DNA of 64,000 nucleotides from an uncultured archaeon (GTDB lineage Archaea; Asgardarchaeota; Heimdallarchaeia; Heimdallarchaeales; Kariarchaeaceae): NCBI GenBank assembly GCA_964645535.1, contig CAZYCQ010000003.1, positions 32,001 to 96,000 of the forward strand, read 5' to 3'. Shown piece by piece: positions 62,887 to 64,000 of this stretch (position 1 is its first letter; each line of letters starts with the position of its first letter). The notes under the pieces were generated by a model. It saw only the letters and a program-made list of their open reading frames with translations, ran no database searches and was not told where the DNA came from. The position numbers and the translations under genes were made by a program.

Positions 62887-63999
62887 TCATAGGAATTTTC
62901 CCAAACCAGTCGACATTTCCTCGTCGCCGTCACCAAAGCATTCCCTATCATCATGGGTATCGCCATAAATTCTATGCAACTCAGCGTCTTCTGCTTGACA
63001 GCGTGCCCATCCATCATCCGTCATGTTGAGTTGCCAATCAAGGAAACGAGGACCCAATTCAGTTCTTGCATATTCCGGAAGTTGCCAATCCTCTTCAAGA
63101 AACTTATCAAATCCCTTCTCCAACAAATCTTTATATGCTAGAAGGCAAAAAGTTTGAATCCTCATGGGTTTGGGTTTTTCTTTGTCAACTCTCCAAAAGC
63201 CTTGTGGGTTGGATTTGTCAAAAGAGAGGATGTATTCAAACTCCTCATACGTTAAGTTGTAAGCATAGGCAGCGCACGCGTTTAAAATAGCATAAATTCT
63301 TGTTCTCTCATGTAGAGTCAAAGCCCACTCTTTGGCATAGAATGGCACTTGATTTCTGAAACAGAGCCAAAAGTGGGCAAATGCGGGTGCATTGCAAACA
63401 AAATTCAAAACAAGTTTGGTAATAAACCTGTTCGAAAAATTTGAAAGGTGGTTTGGAAATCTGATTAAAGTAATTATATCTTTTGTTAGAGAGCTTTTAG
63501 TCAACCAAATTCTCGTTAGAAAATCAAAGCAAAAGCTCATTAAAACTGAAACAGCTGACGTATAGATACTATTAGTACCGGTCAACGTTGGTAACTTGTG
63601 GGTACATGAATAATTTGGGATCAAGGTAGAAATGAAAGATCTTTGGTTTGTATTGCTCGCGATATCCCTAAAAACAATTTTGGGCATTGGACTGCCAACA
63701 ATTCGGGTTTTTGCATCCTCTAGCCTCATATAGTATTCTGTTACACAATATTGCCTATCGAGCGGGGTTTCCTCAGTCTTTACCCTTTTTGCACTTCCAG
63801 AGAGATAGTTTGCTGCTGCAAAATCTCCGATCTGAATGTGTTTTCCTCCATACACCGGCAAAAATGTTTCCTTCCCATCGTGATAAATTCCGTACTTATT
63901 GACGTTGTTCCTGATTTGGGCATCACGCACAAAAAGGCTGGATGCCCCAGAGGCATCAAATTCTCTCATATACTTCAAGCCCAGATCCTCGAAGTTGGG
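62887..63999 (-). CDS. C-terminal part of an Eco57I/type IIG/DrmMI-like DNA methyltransferase, 5'-truncated by the window edge
   Basis: LPVYGGKHI, KIVFRDIASNTNQRSFISTLIP, SFCFDFLTR and A.LNA..A.AYNLT.EE..YIL.F are typical of that family's target-recognition/C-terminal region; the frame is open to the window end. Confidence 0.78.
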   Translation of the reverse strand, partial: PNFEDLGLKYMREFDASGASSLFVRDAQIRNNVNKYGIYHDGKETFLPVYGGKHIQIGDFAAANYLSGSAKRVKTEETPLDRQYCVTEYYMRLEDAKTRIVGSPMPKIVFRDIASNTNQRSFISTLIPNYSCTHKLPTLTGTNSIYTSAVSVLMSFCFDFLTRIWLTKSSLTKDIITLIRFPNHLSNFSNRFITKLVLNFVCNAPAFAHFWLCFRNQVPFYAKEWALTLHERTRIYAILNACAAYAYNLTYEEFEYILSFDKSNPQGFWRVDKEKPKPMRIQTFCLLAYKDLLEKGFDKFLEEDWQLPEYARTELGPRFLDWQLNMTDDGWARCQAEDAELHRIYGDTHDDRECFGDGDEEMSTGLGKFL

Positions 64000-64000
64000 A

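Noticed and set aside
1-64000. tRNA, rRNA, CRISPR arrays, integrases and recoding (Sec/Pyl, frameshifts)
   Set aside because: None were recognised by eye and the genes appear intact. tRNAscan-SE and Infernal would be needed to exclude small RNAs formally.

Overview
Gene-dense archaeal chromosomal segment of roughly 40% GC (by eye), very probably from an Asgard archaeon of Heimdallarchaeia type. The assignment is inferred from a Rab-like small GTPase, an Urm1-like LHGG-ending ubiquitin-fold protein, an archaeal-type ValRS and TATA-type promoters. Most of the window is housekeeping: moaE/moaB/moaC, etfBA, valS, an acyl-CoA carboxylase beta subunit, queC, nhaA, fumC, peptidases (M13, S9, S8), HAD and SDR enzymes and two ABC systems. 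The standout is a 15.3 kb two-gene operon (3613-18953) encoding two giant secreted, C-terminally membrane-anchored proteins. The first (~2200 aa) has a possible catalytically dead caspase/CHAT-like N-domain, ~570 aa of amphipathic helices, a strongly amphipathic beta-strand block and ~26 DxDxDG Ca-binding repeats. The second (2907 aa) is a multi-propeller FG-GAP/BNR/PQQ-repeat protein. The operon is preceded by a tandem operator-like repeat and a 20-bp leader hairpin. The window ends in a probable defence island: an Eco57I/DrmMI-like methyltransferase (partial), a 1752-aa DEAH helicase-DUF1998-nuclease fusion and a beta-class MTase. No tRNA, rRNA, CRISPR array or transposase was seen. All calls come from motif recognition by eye; no searches were run.
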